Assembly (NCBI GenBank): GCA_963555825.3
Contig: CAUVXB020000002.1
Coordinates: 2,272,001 to 2,336,000 of the forward strand
From: Alphaproteobacteria bacterium
Lineage (GTDB): Bacteria > Pseudomonadota > Alphaproteobacteria > JAAXGF01
Reading direction: 5' to 3'
Length of the DNA stretch: 64,000 bases
In this document: positions 43,091-53,985 of the stretch, piece after piece
Position numbering within the stretch: position 1 is the stretch's first letter
Layout of the letters: every line of letters begins with the position of its first letter
Program-made: the position numbers and the translations under genes
The notes under the pieces: generated by a model
What the model was told of the DNA's origin: nothing
The model's database searches: none
Seen by the model: the letters and a program-made list of their open reading frames with translations, nothing else

Positions 43091-44590
43091 TCATGCGCCG
43101 AGCCCCGACAGCAGGCTCATGTACGACTTGGCGGACGTCATCGCGACCCGGGCGCGCGGCAGATACGGATAGACGTCGAGGTTGAGCCTGGGCGGCCGCC
43201 GCTCGATGCGGCACAGTACCAGGTGCTTCACCGCATCAAAGCCGATTGCGCCGAGCCGCAGGGCGTCGCCGACCGCACCCTCGACCTCCTCGAGCCGGAA
43301 GGTCTCCAGTAGACGGAGCACCTGGACGTACTCGCGCTTGCCTGCCTTGCCCATACGAGCTTCGAGGAGCCGCCGCAGAGTGATGAAGGCCTCGGGCAGG
43401 TCCCAGCCCGCCAATGGCGCGGCCTGGTCGAGGGCGCCGATCTTCTGCTCGATCAAGGGCAGGTAATGCAGCGGGTCGAAGATCAGGTCCTCGCTGTCGT
43501 AGGACCGGCGGTGCCGGGCGATCACCTCGGCCCCGCAGCTGATCACCACCTCATCGACGTAGCCCCGGATGAGCACCTCACGGTGGCCGTAGGCCACGGG
43601 CACGGAATAGTCGTTGCTGCGGTAACGCACCAGCGACAGCGAACTCGCCCGTCCAGGGCGCTTATCGCAGGCATCATAGGGAGCAGGCGGCAATGGCAAG
43701 AGAACTTGACGATCCCGCTCGAGACGCTCGCCGATGGTCTCCTTGTGGCCCCGCAGCCGCGCCGCCTGGCGCCGGCGGCACTGTTCGGCGAGAGCATCGT
43801 TGAGGGCCGCGAAGCTCTCGGCACGCGGGACGGGGACCAGGAAGTTCCGCCGGATGAAGCCGACCAGTCCCTCGACCTTGCCCTTGTCGTTGCCCTTGCC
43901 CGGCCGGCCGAACCTGTCCTCGAACAGATAGTGGGACTGAAGCTCCGTGAAGACGCGCGTTCGCTGCCGCTTCCCATCGCCCAGGATCCGGGCAACCGCC
44001 AGCTTGGTGTTGTCGTACAGGATGGATCGGGGGACGCCGCCGAAGAAGGCAAACGCCGCGTTGTGGCCATCGCAGAATGCTTCGGTCGTCTCCGCCGGAT
44101 AGGCCGCAACAAAGCAACCATCACTGTGGGGAAGGTCGAAGGCAAGGAAGTGGATCTTCCGTAACGCGCCGCCGATCACCGCCATCGCTTCGCCGAAGTC
44201 CGCCTGGGCGTGACCGGGGGAATGGGAGAGTGGCACGAACACCTCACGCGACCGAAGCCCCTGCTCACGAACGTAGTCCTTCACGATGGTGTAGCCGCCC
44301 GTGAAACCGTACTCGTCCCGGAGGCGGTCGAAGATGCGCTTCGCAGTGTGCCGTTGCTTGCGGTGGCTGGTCCGATCGTCTTCCAAGATCCGATCGATGA
44401 TTCCCGTGAACGGACCCAGCTTTGGCCGCCTCGGCGGCGCGCTTCGGCGATACCCTGGCGGCACCGAGAACGACAGCATCTTACGGACCGTCTTGCGGTC
44501 TACACCAAACACCCGCGAGGCCTCGCGGGTGCTCATCCCCTCGACATGACACGCCCGCCGAACCCGTGCGTACAACTCCACCCGATACAT
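43091..44590 (-). CDS. istA: IS21 transposase
   Basis: AQADFGE, LYDN, KGKVEGLV, NDYSVP motifs. Confidence 0.95.
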   Translation of the reverse strand: MYRVELYARVRRACHVEGMSTREASRVFGVDRKTVRKMLSFSVPPGYRRSAPPRRPKLGPFTGIIDRILEDDRTSHRKQRHTAKRIFDRLRDEYGFTGGYTIVKDYVREQGLRSREVFVPLSHSPGHAQADFGEAMAVIGGALRKIHFLAFDLPHSDGCFVAAYPAETTEAFCDGHNAAFAFFGGVPRSILYDNTKLAVARILGDGKRQRTRVFTELQSHYLFEDRFGRPGKGNDKGKVEGLVGFIRRNFLVPVPRAESFAALNDALAEQCRRRQAARLRGHKETIGERLERDRQVLLPLPPAPYDACDKRPGRASSLSLVRYRSNDYSVPVAYGHREVLIRGYVDEVVISCGAEVIARHRRSYDSEDLIFDPLHYLPLIEQKIGALDQAAPLAGWDLPEAFITLRRLLEARMGKAGKREYVQVLRLLETFRLEEVEGAVGDALRLGAIGFDAVKHLVLCRIERRPPRLNLDVYPYLPRARVAMTSAKSYMSLLSGLGA

Positions 44591-44716
44591 CCCCCCCGCC
44601 TTCCAGTCAGAGCAACCCTGACAGAAGGCTATACGCGGTCCCATTTTGGTCCGCCGCAGCCGGATCGACCGGCCGCTTCAGTGGGGGATTATTGCTCTGC
44701 CGTTCTCAGACGGGGC

Positions 44717-44840
44717 ATGAAGGGCCATTGGATCGCGCGCATCGACGTCACCGAAGAAGCGCTCTACCCCGAATATGGCAAGCGCGCACTGTCGGCGATT
44801 TCGAAGTTCGGTCGTCGTTTCGCTGTTCGCAGTGGCGCTG
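44717..44840 (+). pseudogene. DUF1330-like N-terminal fragment
   Basis: MKGHWIARIDVT..YPEY..AISKFGRRFAVRSG; the upstream RBS region is split by IS21. Confidence 0.6.
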
Positions 44841-44975
44841 CTCGTCACCGTGGCGCTGACTTTAGGCCGACAAATGTGCCTCCCGAGTGGGTCCAGACGT
44901 GCCAACACCCTATTTCGGGCCAGAGAATTCTGGCCAGAAATAGGGTGTTTACTCTTAACTGGAAAGCCGAACCCG

Positions 44976-46577
44976 TTAGCGGTTCAGGTACTGCAACTCC
45001 ATCTTGTCCGCCACGTCCGGCAAGGGGAAGTCTTCATGCAATGTCTTCACCATGCCAAAGGCCATGAAGAGCAGCATAATCGCAATCGGCAGGCCGGCGA
45101 CGATTGATGCTGTTTGAAGGGCTCCGAGACCGCCTGCGAGCATGAGTACTGCGGCCACCACACCCGACGTCACGCCCCAGAAAATCCGGAACTTGACCGG
45201 CGGGTGTTCATCGCCCATGGACAACATGGTGCACATGACAAGGGTACCGGAGTCCGACGATGTCACGAACCAGGACACCAGTAGAATGGTGACCAAAATC
45301 GTTATTGGTGTGGTCAGCGAATCGTACCCGAAGCCGGCGATGGTTTCGAATACGCCGGTTGCGTAGTCGTTGTTTACGGCATCGACGATTCCGCCACTGC
45401 CAAACAGATCGACGCCCGTCGCGGCGGAGCCGAATGCGCCCATCCACAAGACGACAACCGTCGTCGGCAGCAAGAGCACGCACAGGCAGAATTGCCGGAT
45501 TGTGCGACCCTTGGATATGCGCGCGATAAACAGGCCAACAAAGGGGCACCAAGCGATCCACCAACCCCAATAGAAGATCGTCCACCAGCTCTGCCACTGC
45601 CGTTCGGGGTCGGGATCGATCCAGAAGCCCATGGGAATGAAATTCCAGATGTAATCGCCGAAGCCCGAGATCACCATCCCCAGCATAAAGGCCGTCGGCC
45701 CGAGGATAAAGAACAGCAAGAGCAAGCCAACGCTGGCCCAAACATTCACCTCGCTGAGAATACGGACACCCTTTCCCACACCGGAAGCGGCAGATGCCGT
45801 GCCCATCGCTGTTATGATGGCGATTAGGATCAATTGGTTGGTCTGAGAGCTGTCCATCCAGCCCAGCCTTTCCATCCCCGCGGCGATCGGCGGGACACCC
45901 AGACCGAGCGATGTCGCCAGGCCAAAGATCGTTCCGAACACACCTACGAGATCGACCAGGTGTCCCCAGGGGCCATAGATCTTGTCCTTTAGGATCGGGT
46001 ACATGGCCGACCTCAACGACAGGGGCAGGCCCTTGCGGTAAGCGAAGTAGGCAAGGCTCAGTCCCACCAAGACGTAGAGCGCCCAACCGTGTAGCCCCCA
46101 ATGAAAATTGGTGACAAGGATCGCCGAGGCAGCGGCTTCCACGGTGCCCGGCTCGATCCCTTCGCGCGTCAAAAATGGGGTGCCCTGGATGTGATACATC
46201 GGCTCGGCGACGCCCCAGTAAATCAAACCGGACCCCAGACCGGCAGAGAACAACATGCAAATCCACGAGAAGGTCGAGAAGTCCGGCTCATCGTCGTCTT
46301 GCCCCAGCTTTACGTTGCCAAAGCGGCTGCAAAGCAGCCAAAAGACGAAAAACAAGACCATGGTCACAACGAAAACATAAAACCAGTCAAGGGTATTTAT
46401 GATGAAGTCCTTGCCTTTGCTAAATACTTCAGCTGAGAACTCAACATCTTGGACCGTAAAGCCTACAAACCCAATGATCATGACCATCGACAAGATGGCC
46501 ATGATGGCGTTCATGCCCTTGAAAAGCCCCGATTTTGCCACCAGATCATCTGGCGGCACGTGAGTTTCAACGCTCAT
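44976..46577 (-). CDS. BCCT-family (betaine/choline/carnitine) transporter
   Basis: MLFSAGLG, WGVAEP, FHWGLHGWALY, WTIFYWGWWIAWCPFVGLFIARISKGRTIRQF, TSSDSG. Confidence 0.96.
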   Translation of the reverse strand: MSVETHVPPDDLVAKSGLFKGMNAIMAILSMVMIIGFVGFTVQDVEFSAEVFSKGKDFIINTLDWFYVFVVTMVLFFVFWLLCSRFGNVKLGQDDDEPDFSTFSWICMLFSAGLGSGLIYWGVAEPMYHIQGTPFLTREGIEPGTVEAAASAILVTNFHWGLHGWALYVLVGLSLAYFAYRKGLPLSLRSAMYPILKDKIYGPWGHLVDLVGVFGTIFGLATSLGLGVPPIAAGMERLGWMDSSQTNQLILIAIITAMGTASAASGVGKGVRILSEVNVWASVGLLLLFFILGPTAFMLGMVISGFGDYIWNFIPMGFWIDPDPERQWQSWWTIFYWGWWIAWCPFVGLFIARISKGRTIRQFCLCVLLLPTTVVVLWMGAFGSAATGVDLFGSGGIVDAVNNDYATGVFETIAGFGYDSLTTPITILVTILLVSWFVTSSDSGTLVMCTMLSMGDEHPPVKFRIFWGVTSGVVAAVLMLAGGLGALQTASIVAGLPIAIMLLFMAFGMVKTLHEDFPLPDVADKMELQYLNR

Positions 46578-46606
46578 AATCGATTCCCCTATGTCTGGTA
46601 ACGTTT

Positions 46607-47761
46607 CTATCGCACGGTGCCGGAAGGGCCCTGTTGGGCGGCTTCAGCGATCCAGGCGTCGAATGCTTCTTCCAAAACCGCGTGATTTTCAGACCACCAC
46701 TGTGCGTCTGAAAGAATCGAGACTTTGTTGTCATAAGCTGGTCCGTTCGGCAACTGTGCCAGCACGTCATCGGAAATCAGTGCAAGCGATGATCGCCGCG
46801 TCGGCCCGTTAGGCAGATATCCGACCATCTTCGCCAGGGACTCCGAGCTGCTGGCAAAGCGGATGAATTCGATTGCTTCTTCTTTGTAGCGGCTGCCTTT
46901 TGGAATCCCGAAAAGATCGAGCTCGATCACCCGACCGTCCCACACGACCGAAAACTTCGCCCCTTTTTCACGCGAACCTATGGCGCCGGTCGTCGCCCAG
47001 ACAGCGGACATGACGACGTCATTGCTGTTCAAAAGGCGCACGGGTTCCCGTCCTTTCGTCCAAAGCACGAGGCTTGGCTTGATCGCGTCCATTTTCGCCA
47101 AGGCGCGCTTGATACCTTCCGGCGTCTCTAGAACGCTATAGACCTCGTCCCGCGGCACACCATCAGCTATGAGCGCCCACTCCATTGTTACCGTCGGATC
47201 ATCCCGAATGGCACGGGGACCGGGGTAGGTTTTGGTATCGAAAAAATCCGCGATAGAAGTCGGCGGATTATCGCCGAAGGCATCTCTGTTGTAGCCGAAT
47301 ATTGTCGCCCAGACGATAACTCCAACACCACAAGGGTTCAGGGAGCCTTCGACAAAGTCGTCGCGAAATCCAGTGCCGTCGGCACCATCGGGAAGCTCGA
47401 TATCCTCGATGTTTTCCAACAGCCCCTCGTTACAGGCACGCAGGGAATCCGCCTGTGTCAGATCGACCACGTCCCAGGTAACATTTGCGGATTCCACCTG
47501 ATCGCGAATCTCATCTATGCCACCGGAATAGTGCTCGACATTGACCCTCGCTCCGGTCGCCTCTTCGTAGGGGCGAACAAAGCCCAGCATTTGACTGCGC
47601 ATATAGGGCCCAGTCCAGGACGTGAATGTGATCTCGTTTCTCGCACCCGCCGACCCAGCGGTGGTTTCCTGAGCATAGGCCCCGCCCCAGGTTATCGCGG
47701 CCCCTAAAAGAGCCACAGCAGCAAGCCTGCTGCACAGGTAATTATATCGATACTGGTTCAT
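46607..47761 (-). CDS. Periplasmic solute-binding protein (PotD/PotF-like)
   Basis: Signal peptide; TFTSWTGPY, WDVVD, DFFDTKTYPGPRA, ALIADGV, IPKGS motifs. Confidence 0.88.
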   Translation of the reverse strand: MNQYRYNYLCSRLAAVALLGAAITWGGAYAQETTAGSAGARNEITFTSWTGPYMRSQMLGFVRPYEEATGARVNVEHYSGGIDEIRDQVESANVTWDVVDLTQADSLRACNEGLLENIEDIELPDGADGTGFRDDFVEGSLNPCGVGVIVWATIFGYNRDAFGDNPPTSIADFFDTKTYPGPRAIRDDPTVTMEWALIADGVPRDEVYSVLETPEGIKRALAKMDAIKPSLVLWTKGREPVRLLNSNDVVMSAVWATTGAIGSREKGAKFSVVWDGRVIELDLFGIPKGSRYKEEAIEFIRFASSSESLAKMVGYLPNGPTRRSSLALISDDVLAQLPNGPAYDNKVSILSDAQWWSENHAVLEEAFDAWIAEAAQQGPSGTVR

Positions 47762-47862
47762 CTGCTTCTCCCCGTACTTTTTTCGAGTTCATCTGACTGC
47801 AGTTACAACCCAATCGACACACATGTCTTTGACAGGTTATTTCAAACAATACTTTCTGCTTT

Positions 47863-49503
47863 CCGACATTCTCCAGATGACATCGAAATTCATGGAAATC
47901 CTACCATTGACTCACCGCCAAGGGAACGGCATCCCTTCCGCAGCCATCCGATGGCTTGATTCTGGAGATTGGTCCTCGTCCGGAAGGCCATTACCCGGAT
48001 TTTCCGCCATTCAGACAGACCCCTCCTGTCGTTTTCACCTGGCCATCGATTTTCCCGGCCTACACCGGAACGGGTCTTCGTCGTAGATCATCGATCAGAC
48101 TCAGGATATTCCGGAACAGTTCCCTCGGCACCGCGACCTCGGCCAATTGGAACGTGACGTAGCGGCCATGGCTGACCACCTTGGCGCCGATCTTGACCAG
48201 CTTCTCCCGTAGCGTGGTCAGCGACCAGTGCTCGATCTCCTTCGGCAAGGCCAGCATTCGCATGAAGTTGGCGAGATTGTAGGCCAGGGCATGAAGCTGG
48301 AGCCGGACAGCATTGTCGCGGAACTTGCGGCACGACAATCGCGTCCATTTGATCGCGTTCTTGCCTTCCTTGATGTATTGCTCCGCCTTGCCCCGCTGAT
48401 TGTAGAACCAAGTCACCCGCTCGGCGGAACGGGACAAGTTGGTGAGGATGAAGCCGACACGGGGAACCAGTTCACCGGGATGCCATTCAACCTTGGCCAC
48501 GACACGACGCTTTCTGTCCCAACTTCCAGCCCGGTAGCTGAAGCTGGCGTAATAGCGCCGCACATGGTTGGGCGGACGACCGACGGGGCGGGTCAGCAGG
48601 TGGGCAATGCTTTCCTGAAGAATTTGGTTCTTCGGCAACCGGATCGCGTAGAGAAAACCCTCACTTTCCAGGAACTCGTAGATGTCCGGTGCGGCAAAGG
48701 CGGCGTCCCCTCGGAAGTAGCGGCGCAGGTTCCGTTCCCGATAACGCTCAACGACCGGTTCCAGAACCTCACGCCAACCGTCGGCACTGTGGACATTGCC
48801 GGGGCGAAGGGAACACCGCTCCAGATCGCCGAACTGGTTGAACAGGAATAGTGGATGGTAGCAGGTGCAGCCGAAGTGACCATTGTACGCCGCTCCCTCT
48901 TGTTCGCCATGGGTCGGGCTGACGCTTGAGTCCATGTCGAGGATGATCATCTTCGGTGGGCGGCGGTCATGAACCTTGTCGATCCACGCCCCGTTCATCC
49001 CAGCCAGGACTTCGATGTTCGCATCGGTCGCCAGAAGCTCCGTCTCGAACCGCCCCATCTGGCTGGTGGACGCGGCCTGTCTGTCCACGGCCTTGCCACC
49101 AACAATCCACCGCATGGCGGGATCACGTCCGAGACGGTCGGCGTCGTTTACGTCCTCATAACCACCAAGGCGACCAAACACCGACTGACGGAACTGCCCC
49201 GTCATGCCGTGCCATCCGTTCTTGCCGGTACGGCTGTCCTGAAAAATATCCCCGGCAACCTCGGTCAGGCCAAGGGCATCATCAAGCTCCCGATAGACCA
49301 GCAACCCGCCGTCGGAAGTGATCTGGGAGCCGTGAAATTCGAGCTTCAGGCGGCGGTCGAAATCGACCCGAAGGCCGTCCCGTTTCGATTCACCCATCGG
49401 GTGTGCCATGCAAACCACTCCATCAACGCCTCAACATATTGATTCTTATAGCAGAATCTCCATCTCAGGGCATCGAATATCGAGTTCACTTGGGAAATGG
49501 GGG
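47863..49503 (-). mobile_element. IS1380-family element (copy 3; transposase 48060-49409)
   Basis: Ends CCGACATTCTCCA / TGGGAAATGGGGG; no target duplication; abuts a truncated IS1182. Confidence 0.95.
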
Positions 49504-50884
49504 CTCAATCGGGTACGTTCGAGCCGCCGGCTGGAGGCCGAGAGCAAGCGTAATCTCGAAGTGATCTGGCTGTTGCGGCGTTTGTCGCCGGACTTCAAGA
49601 CGATCGCCGATTTCCGGCGGATCAATCGGGCGGCGTTCCGCCAGGTGTTTCGGGAGTTCGTGAGGCTATGCCGCGAACTGGAGCTGTTCGGGCGCGCGCT
49701 GGTGGCAGTCGACGGTACTCGGATCAAGGCAGTGAACAGCCGGGAGCGGAACTTCACGAAGGCCAAGCTGGAGAAGGCGTTGGCCGAGAGCGACGAGAGG
49801 TTGTCGCGTTATCTCGACCGGCTCGACGAGGCCGACGGGCAGGACGATGACGGCACCGGCGGCGGCGAGATGGAGAATATCCAGGAGAAGATCGCTGCGA
49901 TCCAAGGGCGGCGTGAGCGGTTTGAGGAACATCGCGACGCGCTGGCTGCGAGTGGCGAGGACCAGCTCTCGTTGACGGATCCGGACAGCCGGGCGATGCA
50001 CGCCGCGACCCGGGTCGGTGTCGGCTACAACATCCAGATCGCGGTGGACGCCAAGCACAAACTGATCGCCGAGCAGCAGGTCCATAACAAAGTCAGCGAT
50101 CTCAGTCTATTGGCCGAGACGGCGGTGGCGGCCCGGCGGAACCTGGCCGTCGATCGGATCGACGCGGTCGCCGACGCGGGCTACTTCAAGATCGAGGATA
50201 TCGAGGCCTGCGAGAATGCCGGCGTCATGCCGCATGTGCCCAAGCCACAGCGCGGATCAACGGTGAGCCAGGGGCTCTTTCCCAAGGAACGCTTCCGCTA
50301 TGACGGCGGCGAGGACATTTACATCTGCCCCAACGGCCAACGCCTGGCGCTACACAGCGAGCGCAAGCGCCGCGATCTCTTCTTCGCCAGTTACGCCAAT
50401 CGCGCCGCGTGCAAGGAGTGCCAACTCAAGTCGAAGTGTACGAAAAGCGCTTTCCGTCGAGTCCTGCGCTATGTCGACGAAGCGATCCTGGAGCGCATGG
50501 CAGAACGATTGGCGGCCCGCCCGGAGCTGCTCGATGCGCGCCGTGAAAGCGTCGAGCATCCCTTCGGCTCAATCAAACAATGGATGGGCCAGGGTGCCTT
50601 CCTGACCCGGCGGCTGGAAAACGTGCGCGGCGAGTTCAGCATCACGACGCTGGCTTACAACATCCGCCGCGCGATCTCGCTGGTAGGTGTTCCCGCCTTG
50701 ATCGCCGCCGCGAGGGCATGAGACGGGAATCAGGCCAAAATCGAGCACCGCACATCGATCCACGGAGGCTTGGAGCCCCTCCGCGGGGCTACCGGCGCCA
50801 AACCGCCAGATTACGTGGGATCGCCGCAAATCATGCTGACCTAAACCTCCATCCCCGCCCCCGCCCGAGTTTTCACACGGTCTG
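49504..50884 (+). mobile_element. IS1182-family remnant (5'-truncated; ORF to 50721)
   Basis: SSRRLE, PDFKTIADFR, AVDGTRIKA, TDPDSR, ADAGY, VEHPFG; end GAGTTTTCACACGGTCT. Confidence 0.9.
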
Positions 50885-53111
50885 GATCGTGAAGGACTAT
50901 GCGCGCGAACATCACCGCCGGCGGCGGGAGATGTTCGTGCCGCCGATCCATCCACCGGGCCATGGGCAGGCGGACTTCGGCGCGGCGCGGGCGGTGATCG
51001 GGGGTGTGGCGCGCAAGGCGCACTTCTTCGTCTTCGATCCGCCGCACGGCGACGCCTGCTATGTGCGGGCCTACCCCGCGGCGACGGCCGAGGCGTGGAT
51101 CGACGGGCATGTGCATGCCTTCGCCTTCTTCGGCGGGGTTCCGCAATCGGTGCTCCACGACAACGACCGCTGCCTGGTGTCGCGCATTCTGGCGGACGGG
51201 ACGCGCGGGCGGGCGCGGCTCTTCGGCGGGTTCCCGTCGCATCACCTCGTGTGCGATCGTTACGGGCGCCCGGGCAAGGGGAACGACAAGGGCGCGGTGG
51301 AGGGTCTGGTGGGCTTTGCCCGGCGCAGCTTCATGGTGCCGCTGCCGCGCTTTGCCAGTTGGGACGCGTTCAATCGGCGGCTCGAGGAGCAGTGTCGCCG
51401 CCGCCAGGGCGATATCCCGCGCGGGCACCGAGAGACCATCGGAGAGCGCCTGGTGCGGGACCTGGCGGCCATGGCCGCGCCGCCGGCGGCGCCCTTCGAG
51501 GCCTGCGCCCAGGCTCCCGGGCAGGTCAGCTCGCGGTCTCTGGTCCGTTACGAGACCAACGACTACTCGGTGCCGGTGGCCCATGGCCATCGCGACGTCT
51601 GGGTGCGCGGTTACGTCGACCGGGTGGTGATCGGCTGCGGCGGAGAGGTCATCGCCCGCCATCCCCGGTCCCATGAGCGTGAGGACACGATCTTCGAGCC
51701 GATCCACTATCTGCCCCTGATCGAGCAGAAGATCGGCGCGCTGGATCAGGCGGCGCCGCTTGCCGGATGGGACCTGCCGCCCGCGTTCCAGACCCTGCGC
51801 CGCCTCATGGAGGCACGCTCGCCCAAGGCGGGGCGGCGGGAGTATGTGCAGGTCCCGCGGCGGCTGGAGAGCTTCGGGCTGGAGGATCTCCATGGCGCCG
51901 TGAAGGACGCCCCGCGCCTGGGCGCCATCGGCTTCGACGCGGTCAAGCATCTGGTGCCGTGCCGGGTCGAGAAGCGCCCGCCGAAGCTCGACCTCGACGT
52001 CTACCCGTATCCGCCGAAGGCCACCGTCGGCAGGACCTCGGCCGCCAGCGACATGTGCCTGCTGTCGGAGGACGCGGCATGACGGACAGGCCCCACATCC
52101 TGCTGGCACACCACCTCAAGACCCCGAGGCTGCCGACCTTCCCGCGGGAATACGAGAAAGTGGCGCGCCAGTGCGCGGCCGAGGGCCTGGATCATGTTCG
52201 GTTCCTGGCCCGGCTGGTGGAGCTGGAACTGATCGATCGCGAACGGCGCATGGTCGAGCGGCGCATCAAGGCGGCGAAGTTCCCGGTCGCCAAGAGCCCC
52301 GACAGCTTCGACTTCAAGGCCATCCCCGCGCTGAACAAGGCGCGGGTGCTGGAGTTGGCGCGCCGCGAGTGGATCGAGCGGCGCGAGAACGTCATCGCCC
52401 TGGGCCCGAGCGGCACCGGCAAGACCCATGTCGCCCTGGGGCTCGGACTGGCCGCCTGCCAGAGGGGCCTCTCCACCGGCTTCACCACGGCCGCCACGCT
52501 CGTGCACAAGTTGATGGAAGCCCGCGACGAGCGCCGCCTCCCGCGGCTCCAGAAGCAGATGGTCGCCGGCACGCTGCCGATCATCGACGAGTTGGGCTTC
52601 GTGCCGCCGAGCAAGACCGGCGCCGAGCTTCTGTTCGAGCTGATCTCGCAGCGCTACGAGCGGGGCGCCACGCTCATCACCTCCAACCTCCCCTTCGACG
52701 AATGGACCGGGACCTTCGGCTCCGAGCGCCTGACCGGGGCGCGGCTCGACCGTCTCACCCATCACGTCAACATCCTCGAGATGAACGGCGACAGCTACCG
52801 CCTCAGCCAGAGCCGCGCCCGCGGAAACAGCGCCGATAGCTGAACCGCGGCGCGCCGTCGCGCGGCCCCGGCCGGCAACGCGCCCCTAAGGCCCGGGTGG
52901 CGAGACTAACCCCAACCCGACAAACCATGCCGCCCCGCGGGCGGCCGGCGGGCGCGGACCGCTTGAGCCCTGCATGGCTCCGCTGCCCGCTCCCGCCGAA
53001 AAACCCTCGCACCGCATCTCCGAATCCCAATCTCACGCCAAGCTCAGCCCACCAGCCCAGGTGGCGGTCTTTTGCCCCGCCCCTTGGCCGAATCTTCAAC
53101 CGGCGTTGACA
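50885..53111 (+). mobile_element. Divergent, degenerate IS21 (istA 5'-truncated, to 52082; istB 52079-52843)
   Basis: Homologous to the other istA/istB pairs with many Leu-to-Pro changes; ends GGCGTTGACA. Confidence 0.9.
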
Positions 53112-53137
53112 CCCTTGCCGGACAATAAAAGTCCCTG

Positions 53138-53345
53138 CCTCGACGAGGTGCTCGTCGGCAAGGTGGGCGTTGCCCGCCGTGGTCCGGTGCCGTCGGTGCC
53201 CGAGCAACTTGCCGACCAGGGGCAGGTTTTCGCCAGGCATGATGGCCTGGCTGGCTGCGGTGTGGCGAAGGTCGTGCAGGCGCAGCCTGCCGAGCCTCGC
53301 GTGTTCGCAGACCGCCCGCCAGCACGCAGTCAGGTGAGGCGGGCC
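53138..53345 (-). pseudogene. Tyrosine integrase C-terminal fragment
   Basis: LRLHDLRHTAAS..VGKLLGHRRHRTTAGNAH; Asn stands where the catalytic Tyr is expected. Confidence 0.8.
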
Positions 53346-53499
53346 ATTGCGTGCGGCAGTCCTCTTGAGGGTCGGGCGGGAGCTACGTCAGAGATGCGCC
53401 CGTGAGCGCTGGAATTGGATTGAATTCGCTTGCATTTTGCTTACGGAGAAAATGAAAACATATAAATAATGAATTAAATCAACGATATAAGATCATAGA

Positions 53500-53626
53500 T
53501 CACGAACCCGGTCAATTTGTCATCCCAGGCGATCCAGGGTTTATCCGCGGGCTCCATCGCCTCGACAGCGCGTTTGGTCAAGGTCAGCTTGTTCAGCGCG
53601 ACACGTTTACCGGTATGTTTTGGCAT
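53500..53626 (-). pseudogene. Tyrosine integrase N-terminal (arm-binding) fragment next to the att site
   Basis: MPKHTGKRVALNKLTLTKRAVEAMEPADKPWIAWDDKLTGF; RBS GGAGG. Confidence 0.75.
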
Positions 53627-53814
53627 CCTCCGATTATGGCTAGCGCGGGTATATTGTCAACACTCAAACCAACACAAGAAAGTAAACTACAGGCGCTTCC
53701 TGACATCCCATGACGGTTAAAGAGGCTATATGCTATTCCATAACACATTGAAAAGTACCTATAATGTCATGTTCTGATAACCCCTGACATCTCCTGTCAA
53801 CGTTTGCAGGTGAA

Positions 53815-53833
53815 ACGAATAACATGATCGACA
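53815..53833 (+). repeat. att core, copy 2, followed by the DUF2493 C-terminus
   Basis: ACGAATAACATGATCGACA reads TNNMID and continues KARKIGIPVL. Confidence 0.75.
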
Positions 53834-53985
53834 AGGCACGCAAGATCGGAATCCCCGTCCTTCTCGTTATGCAGAGCTCTGCATAACGAGCATAATGCCG
53901 AGTAGTTGCTAATGCCGAGTGACGTGCGGGGAACGGCTTGTCCGCGCCGATTTCCCGCCGATTCGCTCGGCATTAATTCTGGCAG

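Larger units (their letters stand above)
40705..44708 (-). mobile_element. IS21-family element (copy 2); istA intact, istB (40896-43094) interrupted
   Basis: TG..CA ends; 6-bp duplication GACGGG at 40699-40704 and 44709-44714. Confidence 0.95.

Noticed and set aside
50580-52082. 500-aa ORF as a full-length IstA
   Set aside because: The first roughly 100 codons are IS1182 sequence; the IstA N-terminus is missing.
50885-52843. Diversity-generating retroelement as the cause of the substitutions
   Set aside because: There is no reverse transcriptase or template/variable repeat pair, and the changes span 2 kb and appear to affect both strands.
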